Part shown: positions 49,490-61,337 of the stretch, in pieces
How positions within the stretch are numbered: position 1 is the stretch's first letter
How the letters are laid out: each line of letters starts with the position of its first letter
Assembly: GCA_003327435.1 (NCBI GenBank)
Contig: QOQV01000001.1
Span: 399,917 to 463,916, forward strand
Direction: 5' to 3'
DNA length: 64,000 nt
DNA from: Ignavibacteriota bacterium
GTDB taxonomy: Bacteria; Bacteroidota; Ignavibacteria; UBA10030; BY39
The notes under the pieces: model-generated
Told to the model about the DNA's origin: nothing
The model's input: the letters and a program-made list of their open reading frames with translations, nothing else
Databases searched by the model: none
Made by a program: the position numbers and the translations under genes

Positions 49490-51361
49490 ATGAATCAAAA
49501 TACAAACCATATTGAACATCACAAACACATTAGTGAAACTACCATAATCACAGAGTCATCAAATAAAAAACTGGTTCTCGTGGGTAATCCAAATGTTGGA
49601 AAATCTGTAATTTTTAATTATTTAAGCGGAATTTATGTTGATGTATCCAATTTCCCGGGCACAACAATCGAAATTACAAAGGGTAAATACTTAAATTATG
49701 ATGTTTACGACACACCTGGAATTTATGGTGTTTCTTCATTTAACGATGAGGAAAGAGTTGCAAGGGATATAATAATTGATGCTGACATCATCCTTAATAT
49801 AGTAGATAGTGTCCACCTCGAAAGAGATTTGTTCCTAACACAACAACTCATAGATATGGGGAAAAAATTGGTAGTTGTTTTAAACTTTATGGACGAAGTT
49901 AAAAAACATCATATAAAAATTGATATAGATAAATTATCCGAATTATTGGGAGTCCCAGTTGTTCCAACATCTGCTATAAAGAGAGAGGGTTTTGACAAAC
50001 TTACTCAAACAATAGAAAGCGCATGTTATGGCAAACAGGATCCACACTTACATTCACAACTACACAGTATGCTTAGATTGGTTGGTTCACAAGCTGAAGC
50101 CCTCCTTATACTGGAAGGTGACGAATACATCAGCAAGAAACACGGCATCAATCCTATAAATATGCGCGAAGAGATATACATAGAAAGAAGAAATCGTGTA
50201 AACAACATAATCAATCAGGTACTTACGGAGGCATCAATTAGAAAAAAAATTTCTACAACTATTGGTAGATGGACATTGAATCCTTTTACAGGAATACCAA
50301 TATTATTGCTGATTTTATATTTCGCATATCTTTTTCTTGGAAAATTAGTTGCGCAGGATTTGGTGGGTTTTACGGAAACATACTTTGGACACGAACTATG
50401 GGAAAATTGGATATGCAAAATAGTAAATCAGGTGATTTCTCAGGAAACAATAATAGGACAAATTTTAGTTGGAGAATTTGGTATTTTAACGATGACAGTC
50501 ACTTACTTAGTTTTTCTTTTACTTCCTCTGGTCTTCGCATTTTACATATTACTTTCTTTATTAGAAGACACGGGATATTTACCACGACTTGCAACAATGG
50601 TTGATCGAAGTATGACATACCTTGGTTTGAATGGTAGAGCAATAATACCTTTAATTCTCGGTTTTGGGTGTGTATCGGCAGCAACTATCACTACCCGGCT
50701 TTTATCAAATGAAAGAGAAAAGACGATAGCAACTGCGATACTTCAATTTGTGATTCCCTGTTCTGCACAACTTGCTGTTATAACTGCATTATTGATGAGC
50801 GCCGGATTTAAAGCATTGCTTATATATGTGATTGTAATATTTTCAGTCCTAGTTGTGATTGGGACAGTTCTAAATAAATTTCTAAAAGGCGAAGCGAGTC
50901 CTTTATTAATAAACTTACCACCTCTTCGATTACCACAAGTAAACAATGTACTGCAAAAAACCATGATTAAAACTTTTGCTTTTATGAAAGAAGCAACACC
51001 ATGGTTCTTCTTAGGTGCAGCAATTATCGGGACAATGCAAGCGACTGGTTTATTAGATTTATGGCAAAAAGCATTAGCTCCATTAACACAACATTGGTTG
51101 AAGCTTCCAGTTGAAACAGCCACTGCATTTGTAATGGGACTTGTAAGGAGGGATTTTGGTGCAGCAGGATTGTACGATATTGCTATGAACCCAATGCAAA
51201 CTACAGTCGCACTTATAACCATTACGCTATTTGTTCCCTGTATAACTTCAATTTTAATTATGTATAAAGAAAGAGGTTGGAAGACAGCAACGGTCATCTG
51301 GATTGGTACATGGATTGGTTCCTTCACGATAGGTGGATTAGTCGCACAAATAATTGTATAA
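49490..51361 (+). CDS. feoB: Ferrous iron transport protein B
   Basis: GNPNVGKS, NFPGTT, DTPG, NFMD; LEDTGYLPRLA, GFGC, PCSA, PC gate motifs. Confidence 0.95.
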   Translation: MNQNTNHIEHHKHISETTIITESSNKKLVLVGNPNVGKSVIFNYLSGIYVDVSNFPGTTIEITKGKYLNYDVYDTPGIYGVSSFNDEERVARDIIIDADIILNIVDSVHLERDLFLTQQLIDMGKKLVVVLNFMDEVKKHHIKIDIDKLSELLGVPVVPTSAIKREGFDKLTQTIESACYGKQDPHLHSQLHSMLRLVGSQAEALLILEGDEYISKKHGINPINMREEIYIERRNRVNNIINQVLTEASIRKKISTTIGRWTLNPFTGIPILLLILYFAYLFLGKLVAQDLVGFTETYFGHELWENWICKIVNQVISQETIIGQILVGEFGILTMTVTYLVFLLLPLVFAFYILLSLLEDTGYLPRLATMVDRSMTYLGLNGRAIIPLILGFGCVSAATITTRLLSNEREKTIATAILQFVIPCSAQLAVITALLMSAGFKALLIYVIVIFSVLVVIGTVLNKFLKGEASPLLINLPPLRLPQVNNVLQKTMIKTFAFMKEATPWFFLGAAIIGTMQATGLLDLWQKALAPLTQHWLKLPVETATAFVMGLVRRDFGAAGLYDIAMNPMQTTVALITITLFVPCITSILIMYKERGWKTATVIWIGTWIGSFTIGGLVAQIIV

Positions 51362-51362
51362 C

Positions 51363-51548
51363 ATGAAAATAAATATTGAAAAAAAATCTTTGCTAGAGGT
51401 CAGAACCTGTGATAAGTGTAAGCTAAATATTGAAAATCCGTTTATTACAAAATGCCCGAGGTGCTTTAACCAATTGCCCAAATTAGAAACCGATTGCAGT
51501 GTTTGTCAGCATAAAAATAATTGCTCAATTATTAAACTAATTAAATGA
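51363..51548 (+). CDS. Small Cys-rich protein downstream of feoB
   Basis: ATG 1 nt after the feoB stop; CDKC, CPRC, CSVC and one more Cys in 61 aa. Confidence 0.7.
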   Translation: MKINIEKKSLLEVRTCDKCKLNIENPFITKCPRCFNQLPKLETDCSVCQHKNNCSIIKLIK

Positions 51549-51667
51549 TTTTTAAAAATTTTTTCAAAGTTATTTTAAAAATTTATATATTAATTAAACA
51601 CGAAAATATAAAATTATTTGCGTCACGATTAAAATTTTTTTTTGATTCGTAACTACTTTAAAACCTC

Positions 51668-51696
51668 TTGACATTTATAAAAAAATACTTTATAAT
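51668..51696 (+). promoter_or_regulatory. Consensus sigma70 promoter
   Basis: TTGACA-N17-TATAAT exact match upstream of the DUF59 gene. Confidence 0.85.
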
Positions 51697-51722
51697 TAGC
51701 AAGATTAAAATTAAGGCAAAAT

Positions 51723-52049
51723 ATGGATAATGAAAACAACAATAATTTACAAGTCACAGAAGAAGTAGTATATAATGCTTTAAGAGAATGTTATGATCCT
51801 GAAATTCCGGTAAACATTGTAGATTTAGGTTTAGTTTATGATGTCAAGATAATAGATGACTGGGTAGGTGTTAAAATGACATTAACAGCGCCTGGATGTC
51901 CAGCTCATACATGGATTTCACAAAATGTCAGGAACAGGTTACTTCAGATACCAGGTATCAAGGAAGCTGATGTTAGAATTGTTTGGGAACCAATGTGGAA
52001 TCCAGGTATGATGTCTGAAGATGCGAAAAAGATTTTAGGAATTCCATAA
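51723..52049 (+). CDS. DUF59/SufT-like Fe-S cluster assembly protein
   Basis: YDPEIPVNIVDLGLVY, MTLTAPGCP, VWEPMW...MMSE. Confidence 0.92.
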   Translation: MDNENNNNLQVTEEVVYNALRECYDPEIPVNIVDLGLVYDVKIIDDWVGVKMTLTAPGCPAHTWISQNVRNRLLQIPGIKEADVRIVWEPMWNPGMMSEDAKKILGIP

Positions 52050-52070
52050 TAAGCGTTTTACTAAATTAAC

Positions 52071-52155
52071 AAGCCCGGTGGATCCCATATCTGGGTGAGG
52101 GTACGGTTTCGCCTCCCGCCTACCCTCTAACAATTCATCGGGCTTCCCCTTTTTT
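52071..52155 (+). ncRNA. Unassigned structured RNA (three-way junction) or complex terminator
   Basis: 13-bp closing stem with G-U pairs on the + strand, two inner stems, followed by a U-tract; GC-rich island in AT-rich DNA. Confidence 0.5.
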
Positions 52156-53248
52156 ACACATTAAATCTAAAATATAAAATATCTCCGTCCTGCACTATAT
52201 AATCTTTCCCATGAACTTCTAAGAGTCCTTTTTCTTTTAGTAAACTCTCTGATTTAATTTGAATCAAATCCTTGTATTTCACAACTTCAACTTTTATAAA
52301 TCCTTTTTCAAAATCTGAATGTATTTTACCACCAGCTTTGGGTGCTCGTGTCCCTTTCCTAACTGTCCAGGCTCTTAACTCCTTCTCATTATGTGTGTAA
52401 AAAGTAATTAAATCCAATATAAAATACCCTTGCTTAATAATTTTATCTAAACTTGATTCTCTGATACCCAAATCATTCAAAAATTTTTCTCTTTCTTCGT
52501 AATTCATATCAGCAATTTCACATTCCATTTCACCATCAACGACTATGACAGTAGATCCTCTATGAACAGCTAATTCTTCAACAATCCTTATATAATCATT
52601 TCCGTACAACAAACCATCTTCATCTGAATTTGCTATAAACATTACCGGTTTAGAAGTCAAAAGTTGAAATGTACATGCTAATTCTTTTTCCTCATCATCT
52701 AAATTTAACATCCTTGCAAGTTTTCCTGTTGATAAGTGTTCTTTTAATTTTTTACAAACTTCTATATTATGTTTAATTTTTTTGTCACCAGATTTTGCTT
52801 GTCGTTCAAAATCGCTTAAATTTTTCTCAATTGTCTCAATATCCTTTAAAATCAACTCTGTTTCGACTATCTCAATGTCTCTTTTGGGATCTACACTACC
52901 ATAGGAATGAACTACGTTATCATTCTTAAAACATCTAACTACATGAGCGATTGCATCAACTTCCCGAATGTGTGATAGAAATTGATTTCCTAAACCTTCC
53001 CCTTTACTGGCTCCCTTTACAAGTCCAGCTATATCTACAAATTCCAGAATAGTTGGAATAACTTTGGGAGGTTTAATAATTTTTTCAAGTTCATTAAGTC
53101 GCTCATCTGGGACATTGACAACTCCAATATGTGGTTCTTTAGTAGTAAATGGGAAATTTCCGATTAAAGAATTTGCTGAAGTTATAGCATTAAATATTGT
53201 TGATTTACCAACATTTGGTAAACCAACTATTCCACATTTAAATCCCAT
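52154..53248 (-). CDS. ychF: Redox-regulated ATPase YchF
   Basis: GIVGLPNVGKST, DIAGLVKGASKGEGLGNQFL, IHSDFEKGFI, FRFNV. Confidence 0.97.
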   Translation of the reverse strand: MGFKCGIVGLPNVGKSTIFNAITSANSLIGNFPFTTKEPHIGVVNVPDERLNELEKIIKPPKVIPTILEFVDIAGLVKGASKGEGLGNQFLSHIREVDAIAHVVRCFKNDNVVHSYGSVDPKRDIEIVETELILKDIETIEKNLSDFERQAKSGDKKIKHNIEVCKKLKEHLSTGKLARMLNLDDEEKELACTFQLLTSKPVMFIANSDEDGLLYGNDYIRIVEELAVHRGSTVIVVDGEMECEIADMNYEEREKFLNDLGIRESSLDKIIKQGYFILDLITFYTHNEKELRAWTVRKGTRAPKAGGKIHSDFEKGFIKVEVVKYKDLIQIKSESLLKEKGLLEVHGKDYIVQDGDILYFRFNV

Positions 53249-53300
53249 AAAAAACCTTTAAATTATTTTATTATCCTGAAGCTTTATATTTGAATCTAAT

Positions 53301-54398
53301 TTATGCTTTAAAATTTTGAACTTCTTCAAGCAGTGTACTTACTATATCTTCTTCTTTGATTTTTTTAATCATCTCGCCTTTACGGTAAAGAATTGCCACA
53401 CCCTTACCAGCAGCAATCCCAATATCAGCTTCACTTGCCTCTCCAGGTCCGTTGACAACGCAACCCAGGATTGCAATTTTTATTGGTTTTTTCTCATTGG
53501 CTAATTTTTCTTCGAGCTCACCAACAATTTTAAACAGATCCACTTCCAATCTCCCACAGGTTGGGCATGCAATCAACTCAATATTTCTGGAGGCAAGACT
53601 TAATGAGCGAAGAATTTCTTTACCAACTTCCACTTCCTTAACTGGATCATCTGTTAATGAAACCCGAATTGTATCTCCAATACCTTCAGCCAGTAGAGTA
53701 CCAATTCCAATGGCTGATTTGATAGTACCTGATTTTGTTGGACCGGCTTCGGTGACACCAAGATGCAACGGTAAATCTGTCTTTTCAGCAATAAGACGGT
53801 AAGCTTCAATCATCAATTTAACATCAGTTGATTTAACTGAGACGACTACATCATGGAAATCGAATTCTTCACAAATTTTAATGTGCCTCAGGGCACTTTC
53901 ATATAAAGCTTCAGCGGTTGGATAACCATACTTGTTTAAAATATCTTCTTCCAGGGAACCGGAATTTACACCAATTCTAATGGGAATACCTCTGGATTTA
54001 GCAGCATCCAGTACCTGTTTTATTCGATCCTTTGAGCCAATGTTACCCGGGTTAATTCTTACTTTTGCTACACCTGCCTCAATCGCCTGTAATGCAAAGA
54101 TATGATTAAAATGAATATCTGCAACAATTGGTATAGGTGATTTCATCACGATCTTTGGCATTGCTTTAGCAGCATCTTTATCATTAACAGTCACGCGAAT
54201 AATATCGCAGCCAGCTTCTGCTGCTTCTTTAATTTGTTTGACAGTTGCTTCAATATCAGATGTTTTTGTTTTAGTCATTGTTTGGACAGAGATCGGGGCA
54301 TCTCCACCAATTTTAACTCCACCTACATTTACCTGTCGAGACTTTCGTCTAATTCCAACTTTATATGTTTGGTGATTAATGTTTTGTTCTTTAATCAT
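53301..54398 (-). CDS. ispG: (E)-4-hydroxy-3-methylbut-2-enyl-diphosphate synthase
   Basis: VADIHF, RINPGNIG, HLGVTEAG, CPTCGR, GCVVNGPGE. Confidence 0.97.
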   Translation of the reverse strand: MIKEQNINHQTYKVGIRRKSRQVNVGGVKIGGDAPISVQTMTKTKTSDIEATVKQIKEAAEAGCDIIRVTVNDKDAAKAMPKIVMKSPIPIVADIHFNHIFALQAIEAGVAKVRINPGNIGSKDRIKQVLDAAKSRGIPIRIGVNSGSLEEDILNKYGYPTAEALYESALRHIKICEEFDFHDVVVSVKSTDVKLMIEAYRLIAEKTDLPLHLGVTEAGPTKSGTIKSAIGIGTLLAEGIGDTIRVSLTDDPVKEVEVGKEILRSLSLASRNIELIACPTCGRLEVDLFKIVGELEEKLANEKKPIKIAILGCVVNGPGEASEADIGIAAGKGVAILYRKGEMIKKIKEEDIVSTLLEEVQNFKA

Positions 54399-54410
54399 TA
54401 AATATTCTCT

Positions 54411-55313
54411 TTATAATTTTTTGCTTGCTTCGTATAAAATCTTCTTCTCTTCTTCAGTTAAATTTTGATATCCAACTTTCCCAATTTTATCTAAAATCTC
54501 ATCCAGTTTCTTTTGTAGTTCCTCAGGCTCAATATTATTTAAGTCAAAGTACTTGGCTTCAGATATTTCATCTGCTTTTCGCTGAGTAAAACGATCCGGT
54601 TTCTGATAAATTTTTAGAAAATCTTTCGCATAGTGATATATTTTATATTTGTATTTTTCCAAAACTAAAAGCAAATAACCACCAGCTGCTCCACCAAGAT
54701 GTGCAAAGTGTGCGATTCCGTCCTGGGTTCCAGTTACACCCGCAAATATTTCAAGGCCTATAAACAACATGACGAAATATTTTGCACGAATTGGAAACAA
54801 AAAATATAAATATATCTGCCTATTTGGAAATATAACTCCATAAGCCAGGAGTATTCCGTAAACAGCCCCTGATGCACCGATAGTTGCACCATCCTGTCCA
54901 AAAATAGGACCAAAGATTAGATTACTAATTCCTGCAATTATCCCACAGGCGATATAATAAAACAAAAAGCGTTTTGAGCCCCAATTATTTTCCAGTTCCA
55001 TCCCAAACATCCATAAAGCGAACATATTCAGGAATAAATGCATAAATCCAGCATGTAAAAACATATAAGTCAGCAATTGCCAGATATGAAAAGCAGGAAT
55101 ACCAGATATTGAAGAGAAGATTGGATAAAGAGCAAATATAGATTTTATATAATATGAAACCTGAACCCCACGAACACTAAAATAATCCATAAAATACACG
55201 AATATGAAAATGCCAGCATTGGTAAGAAGCAAAGTTTTAATAACTGGTGGGAAAAATCTGAAGCCACCAAAAAAAGAAGGACGATAATAATTGTATGTTT
55301 GATAGTATGACAA
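54411..55313 (-). CDS. Rhomboid intramembrane serine protease with C-terminal DUF6576-like tail
   Basis: WQLLTYMFLH, HLFLNM, GASGAVYG, AHFAHLGG, LDEILDKI...GY..LT.EEK. Confidence 0.93.
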   Translation of the reverse strand: MSYYQTYNYYRPSFFGGFRFFPPVIKTLLLTNAGIFIFVYFMDYFSVRGVQVSYYIKSIFALYPIFSSISGIPAFHIWQLLTYMFLHAGFMHLFLNMFALWMFGMELENNWGSKRFLFYYIACGIIAGISNLIFGPIFGQDGATIGASGAVYGILLAYGVIFPNRQIYLYFLFPIRAKYFVMLFIGLEIFAGVTGTQDGIAHFAHLGGAAGGYLLLVLEKYKYKIYHYAKDFLKIYQKPDRFTQRKADEISEAKYFDLNNIEPEELQKKLDEILDKIGKVGYQNLTEEEKKILYEASKKL

Positions 55314-55331
55314 ATTACTATGATAGGTTTA

Positions 55332-55366
55332 GTTGCTGATGAATTTACAAAAAATTCATCAGCAAC
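55332..55366 (-). terminator. 15-bp perfect hairpin after pgk
   Basis: GTTGCTGATGAATTT/AAATTCATCAGCAAC. Confidence 0.65.
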
Positions 55367-55374
55367 ATTATAAG

Positions 55375-56568
55375 TTACTTATTTGTGAGAGCGGCAACTC
55401 CTGGTAAAACTTTACCTTCAAGGAATTCCAGGGATGCCCCACCACCTGTAGAAACATGTGATACAGATTTATCGAGTCCAAATTTTGCAATTGCAGCTGC
55501 CGAATCGCCACCACCGACAATTGTAGTAGCTCCATTTTTTGTGGCTGAAACAAGAGATTTAGCAATTTCATGAGTTCCAGTTGCAAAATTATCCATTTCA
55601 AAAACACCCATAGGTCCATTCCATACAATAGTCCTGGATTTCACAATCTCTTCAGAAAAGAGTCTGATTGTTTCAGGTCCTATATCCAATCCTTGCCAGC
55701 CTGGTTTTATTTCAGAAATTTTGACTATTTGTTTCTGAGCTTCATTTTTAAATTCATTTGCAATTACACAATCTACTGGTAAGAGAAATTTAATTTTCTT
55801 ATTTGTAATCTCAGAAAGTATCGATTTCGCAAGATCCAGTTTATCAGTTTCAACTAGAGAATTACCAACCTCAAAGCCCTGTGCTTTGAAGAAGGTATAT
55901 GCCATACCACCACCTATAATAAGTGTATCTACTTTATTCATCAGATTTTGGATAACATCAATTTTACCTGAGACCTTAGCTCCACCCAAGATAGCTGTAA
56001 AAGGACGGACAGGATTTTCAAGAGCTTTTCCGAGATAATTCAGTTCTTTTTGCATTAAATAACCAGCAACTGCAGGTTTTATAAATTTTGTTATTCCTTC
56101 TGTTGAAGCGTGTGCACGATGTGCACTTCCAAAGGCATCATTTACATAGATATCGCCGAGTGATGCCAGTTCTTTTGCAAAAGATTCGTCATTCTCCTCT
56201 TCTTCAGGATGGAAGCGCAAATTTTCGAGAAGCAAACAATCACCGTCGTTTAAGCTTGCAACAGCTTTTTTAGCATTCTCTCCAATACAATCACTTGCAA
56301 ATTTTACTTCTATTCCTAAAAGTTCTGATGCTTTTTTTGCCACTGGAAGAAGAGAATACTTCGCATCTGGTTTACCTTTAGGTCTACCAAGGTGGCTCAT
56401 TAAGATTGCTCTGCCACCTTCTGATAAAATTTTCTTTATTGTAGGTAGCGATTCAATAATGCGTGTACTATCCGTAACAACTCCATTCTCGATTGGAACA
56501 TTAAAATCTACTCTAACCAGTACATTCTTCGACTTCAACTTAACATCATCAATTGTCATTTTATTCAT
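55375..56568 (-). CDS. pgk: Phosphoglycerate kinase
   Basis: [36 protein letters not shown]. Confidence 0.98.
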   Translation of the reverse strand: MNKMTIDDVKLKSKNVLVRVDFNVPIENGVVTDSTRIIESLPTIKKILSEGGRAILMSHLGRPKGKPDAKYSLLPVAKKASELLGIEVKFASDCIGENAKKAVASLNDGDCLLLENLRFHPEEEENDESFAKELASLGDIYVNDAFGSAHRAHASTEGITKFIKPAVAGYLMQKELNYLGKALENPVRPFTAILGGAKVSGKIDVIQNLMNKVDTLIIGGGMAYTFFKAQGFEVGNSLVETDKLDLAKSILSEITNKKIKFLLPVDCVIANEFKNEAQKQIVKISEIKPGWQGLDIGPETIRLFSEEIVKSRTIVWNGPMGVFEMDNFATGTHEIAKSLVSATKNGATTIVGGGDSAAAIAKFGLDKSVSHVSTGGGASLEFLEGKVLPGVAALTNK

Positions 56569-56592
56569 AGCACTCTCCGAATTATTATCTGC

Positions 56593-57591
<999 letters not shown>

Positions 57592-57685
57592 TTACTCCAA
57601 TTTTTTTACTGAAATGTTTGTTGAAAATTTATTTAGTTAAAAATCTTTCTAAATTTAGCAATAATTGTTAAGAAAGGCAAATAAT

Positions 57686-58351
57686 TTATTCGGCAGGTTT
57701 TATACAATCAGGATTATCATTAGATGGAGAATTAACCAATTTAGAAACTTTGTAATAAGTCATTTCTTCATCAGGATAAGGTTTTAAAAGTTTAAGTAAA
57801 CTTTTTTCATCTGAATATGAATAATTCAACCAGAGCTGATAATCAGATTTGTTTAAAATAGCTGGCATTCTATTATGAATTTTTTCTACAAGTCGATTTG
57901 GTTCTACAGTAATAATTGTACAAGAATATATTATTTCACCTTCAGGACTATTCCACATGCTCCATAATCCTGCAAATCCAAATGGCTTTTTAGTTTTCAT
58001 GCAAAAATAATATGGATTTTTACCAGATGTACCCTTCTCCCACTCATAAAAACCATCAGCTATAACAATGCATCTATTCTTGCTAAATAGTTTTTTAAAA
58101 GAAATTTTTGTTGTTAGAGATTCAGCTCTGGCATTAATCATTTTATTCCCTATAGATGGATCTTTAGCCCAGAATGGTACCAACCCCCACTTAAAAAGTT
58201 TTAAATACCTTTTTCCTTCATACACTACAACAGGTACATTTTGAGATGGGGCTATATTATAACGAGGTTGGATTGGAATTTCTATGTTATCGATTTCAAA
58301 TTCATCCTCAATAGCCTGGATTGTACTTTTTAAAGAAAATCTTCCACACAT
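57686..58351 (-). CDS. SRAP/YedK (HMCES-like) abasic-site protecting protein
   Basis: MCGRF N-terminus, RYNIAP, NARAE, GFYEW, IHNRMP. Confidence 0.95.
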   Translation of the reverse strand: MCGRFSLKSTIQAIEDEFEIDNIEIPIQPRYNIAPSQNVPVVVYEGKRYLKLFKWGLVPFWAKDPSIGNKMINARAESLTTKISFKKLFSKNRCIVIADGFYEWEKGTSGKNPYYFCMKTKKPFGFAGLWSMWNSPEGEIIYSCTIITVEPNRLVEKIHNRMPAILNKSDYQLWLNYSYSDEKSLLKLLKPYPDEEMTYYKVSKLVNSPSNDNPDCIKPAE

Positions 58352-61282
58352 CTATGATTCAGTAAAAATTTTATTTATTAACTGCAACATATCCTGGGCT
58401 TTAAAAGGTTTTTGTATAAAACCACTGATTCCCCTTTTTTCCAATTCTTGTTTCTTATCAATTTCCAAGAACCCTGAAATAAAAACAAATTTTACTGATG
58501 GATTAATTGCTTTAATTTTTTTGAATGTTTCTTCACCACCCATTCGAGGCATACCGATGTCGCTAATTACAAGATCGATTTTTTGTTTATTCTGCATATA
58601 TATCTCAACACCTTCGTAACCATCTTTTGCAGTCATTACATTAAAACCGGCATCAACAAGCATATCTTTCAATAATTCACGCAGCATATCTTCGTCATCT
58701 ATGATTAAGATTGTTTTTGTTGGAAGAATTTTGGGAATCCCGCCTGACTTGCGAACTTCATTAAGTTTCTTCCTTATTTTTGGTAGGTAAATTAAAAAGG
58801 TTGTACCTTCATTAATTCTACTTTGAACATCAATGTATCCACCGTGTTGGGTTATAATTCGATAAACAATTGATAAACCAAGTCCTGTGCCCTTACCCGG
58901 ACCCTTTGTGGTAAAGAATGGATCAAAAATTTTGGTTAATGTATCTTCATCGATGCCAGAACCATTGTCATTTACGCCAATCGTGATAAATTCATCATCG
59001 GTTTGAATTCCAAATTTATTTAATATTTCTAAGTTCGAACAACTTCTTAACAAGAAAGTAATTTTACCTCCTTGAGGCATTGCATCCCGTGAGTTAATCG
59101 CAAGATTTATTAATGCTTGCTGTAATAAACCCTCATCACCGTTAATAAAACTTAATTCTGAGAGTTCATCTTCCAATTCTATAAAAATATTTTTAGGGAA
59201 TGTCGAGTTTAAAATATTTTTCACATCCACCAATAACTTTTTTGGAGATAGAGTTGACATTTGAGGCTCTCTTGCCTTTGAAAAAAACAGTAATTGTTTA
59301 ACAACACTAATACCACGCTCCACAGAGTTATTAATCATATTAAGATAATTAATCACTTCATCATTCTTACTCTTTGTTTGAGCCAATTCCACTGCCCCTT
59401 TAATTATGCTTAGAATATTGTTCATATCATGAGCAATGCCACCTGAAAGTGTGCCGAGGGCTTCAAGTTTTTGAGCCTGTATTAACATTTTTTCAAGTTT
59501 TTTTCTTTCAGCATCCTCCTGTAAATTTTTTGTTATATCTCTCTGAATTCCAAAATGTCCAAATATCTTGCCGTCTTGATCATACATAACAACATACTGG
59601 ACATCAAGCCACATTTCTTCCCCATTCAACTTTCTTGTTTTAATCACTTTATTTACATGCCCGTTATCAAACAATTCTGTCCAGATTCTTTTCGCTTCGT
59701 CTATATTATCTTGAAACAGATCTTGAGGAGTTTTGCCTAAAAGCTCATTTTCATCCCGAGCAGCATATTGTTGAACAAATGCTCTATTAACCATTGTCAA
59801 ACGTTGATTCTTAAAAACATGTTCAAGTATCTTTTCCTTATTATTTTGATCATTCCAATAGAATTCTTCACCTTCAGGCACTAACATAAATAGACAACCA
59901 TCCATTGATGCTCTGAAAAATATTTCCAGTTGTAATTGTAATTTTTCCTGAATTTGTTGCGATCTCTTCTCATCTGTGATATCTCTTAAGATCCCAAGCA
60001 CCTGAATTCCATCTTCAAATATTTTTAGAGGGACTGTGTTAGCTTCAACATATCTAACATCACCATTCTTTGTTATAATTTCAAATTCGTATTTAGGCGA
60101 TATATTTTCTCCTCTCTTACGAGCCTCGGCTCTTTGTTCTATAATTTTTCTATACTTTGGTGTTATTATCTCCATCATATTAAAACCTGGATTGCATACT
60201 TCTTCAGCTCTATACCCAGTAATTTCCTCAAATTTTGGATTAACGAAAATAAAATTTTTATTTTTCAATAAATAGATTCCATCGCTCGCATTTTCAACAA
60301 GTAACTTATATAATTCATCTTTCTTTCTTAATTCTTCAAGTGCTCTTCTTTCCTCAGTAATATCCTGAGCAACGCAGATAGTACCTTCAATCTCTCCCGA
60401 TGGATTTTTTAATGATTCGACCGTTGCCTGATAAATTTTCCCTTGGTGTGTAAATTCAAACGTACCACTTTCTCCCTTTAGAGCTAATAAATGCTTTTGA
60501 ATTATTGGAGAATATATATCATGCACATTAAAAAATTCAGCAATACTTTTTTCAATATGTTGCGAAACATCTATATCCATTTGCTTGATATTTGAACCCG
60601 ACAAAGAAAGCAAATTTAAGTTTCTATCAGTAGTCCATATTAATGCAGGTAACTGATCATACATTATTCTAAGACGTGTCAGCTTTTCGTGCATCTCGAA
60701 CTCGGTTTTTTTACGAGCTGTAACATCCCTCACTATTGCTTGGATATAATTTTTACCTGATAATTCCAACTTATTTAAGGAAACTTCAGCATAAAAAGGT
60801 GTCCCATCTAATTTTATGTGCGTCCACTCAAAGAACTGAGGATTACCTTTTAGTGCCTCGCCTATTAATTCTAAAGCTTTAGTTTTCGAATCCCTTCCAT
60901 CTGGTTGCCATAAAGGAGAAAATTTATAGGGTGGTTGTCCAATAATATCTTCCCGCTTACAACCAAACATTTCAAGTGTTTTTTCATTGCAATCAATAAA
61001 AGTTTCACCATCCATAATAAAAATAGCATCATTCGCTGACTTAAATAATGTCTGATATCTTTGCCCTTTTTCATAACTTTCCTGCTGTGAGCTGGATAAA
61101 ACTTCCTGTGTACTTCTTAAATAATTTAATATTACGAATAGGATAACACTTGAAATAATAGAAACCAGTAAATGACCAGTAGAAAATAATGATTCTCCTG
61201 GATTGGATATTTTAATAATTAACAGAATGGAAATAAATACAAGGAAGACGGAAATATATATAAATTTTTTACTAATAAGCAT
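58352..61282 (-). CDS. Hybrid sensor histidine kinase (2 TM, multiple PAS, HisKA/HATPase, receiver)
   Basis: PAS repeats (RDVT, QDIT, RDIT), IAHDMNN H-box, [27 protein letters not shown], receiver DD...SDIGMP...KPF. Confidence 0.95.
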   Translation of the reverse strand: MLISKKFIYISVFLVFISILLIIKISNPGESLFSTGHLLVSIISSVILFVILNYLRSTQEVLSSSQQESYEKGQRYQTLFKSANDAIFIMDGETFIDCNEKTLEMFGCKREDIIGQPPYKFSPLWQPDGRDSKTKALELIGEALKGNPQFFEWTHIKLDGTPFYAEVSLNKLELSGKNYIQAIVRDVTARKKTEFEMHEKLTRLRIMYDQLPALIWTTDRNLNLLSLSGSNIKQMDIDVSQHIEKSIAEFFNVHDIYSPIIQKHLLALKGESGTFEFTHQGKIYQATVESLKNPSGEIEGTICVAQDITEERRALEELRKKDELYKLLVENASDGIYLLKNKNFIFVNPKFEEITGYRAEEVCNPGFNMMEIITPKYRKIIEQRAEARKRGENISPKYEFEIITKNGDVRYVEANTVPLKIFEDGIQVLGILRDITDEKRSQQIQEKLQLQLEIFFRASMDGCLFMLVPEGEEFYWNDQNNKEKILEHVFKNQRLTMVNRAFVQQYAARDENELLGKTPQDLFQDNIDEAKRIWTELFDNGHVNKVIKTRKLNGEEMWLDVQYVVMYDQDGKIFGHFGIQRDITKNLQEDAERKKLEKMLIQAQKLEALGTLSGGIAHDMNNILSIIKGAVELAQTKSKNDEVINYLNMINNSVERGISVVKQLLFFSKAREPQMSTLSPKKLLVDVKNILNSTFPKNIFIELEDELSELSFINGDEGLLQQALINLAINSRDAMPQGGKITFLLRSCSNLEILNKFGIQTDDEFITIGVNDNGSGIDEDTLTKIFDPFFTTKGPGKGTGLGLSIVYRIITQHGGYIDVQSRINEGTTFLIYLPKIRKKLNEVRKSGGIPKILPTKTILIIDDEDMLRELLKDMLVDAGFNVMTAKDGYEGVEIYMQNKQKIDLVISDIGMPRMGGEETFKKIKAINPSVKFVFISGFLEIDKKQELEKRGISGFIQKPFKAQDMLQLINKIFTES

Positions 61283-61337
61283 TGCTTTTTTCTTAAAATA
61301 TATTAAAATAAAATTTCAAAAACACAAATATCCAAAA

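Noticed and set aside
52071..52155. Hammerhead ribozyme, attC site or SRP RNA identity for the structured element
   Set aside because: No CUGAUGA core (the minus strand reads CCGATGA), no properly placed RYYYAAC/GTTRRRY ends or integrase, and no SRP CAGG/AGCAG loop
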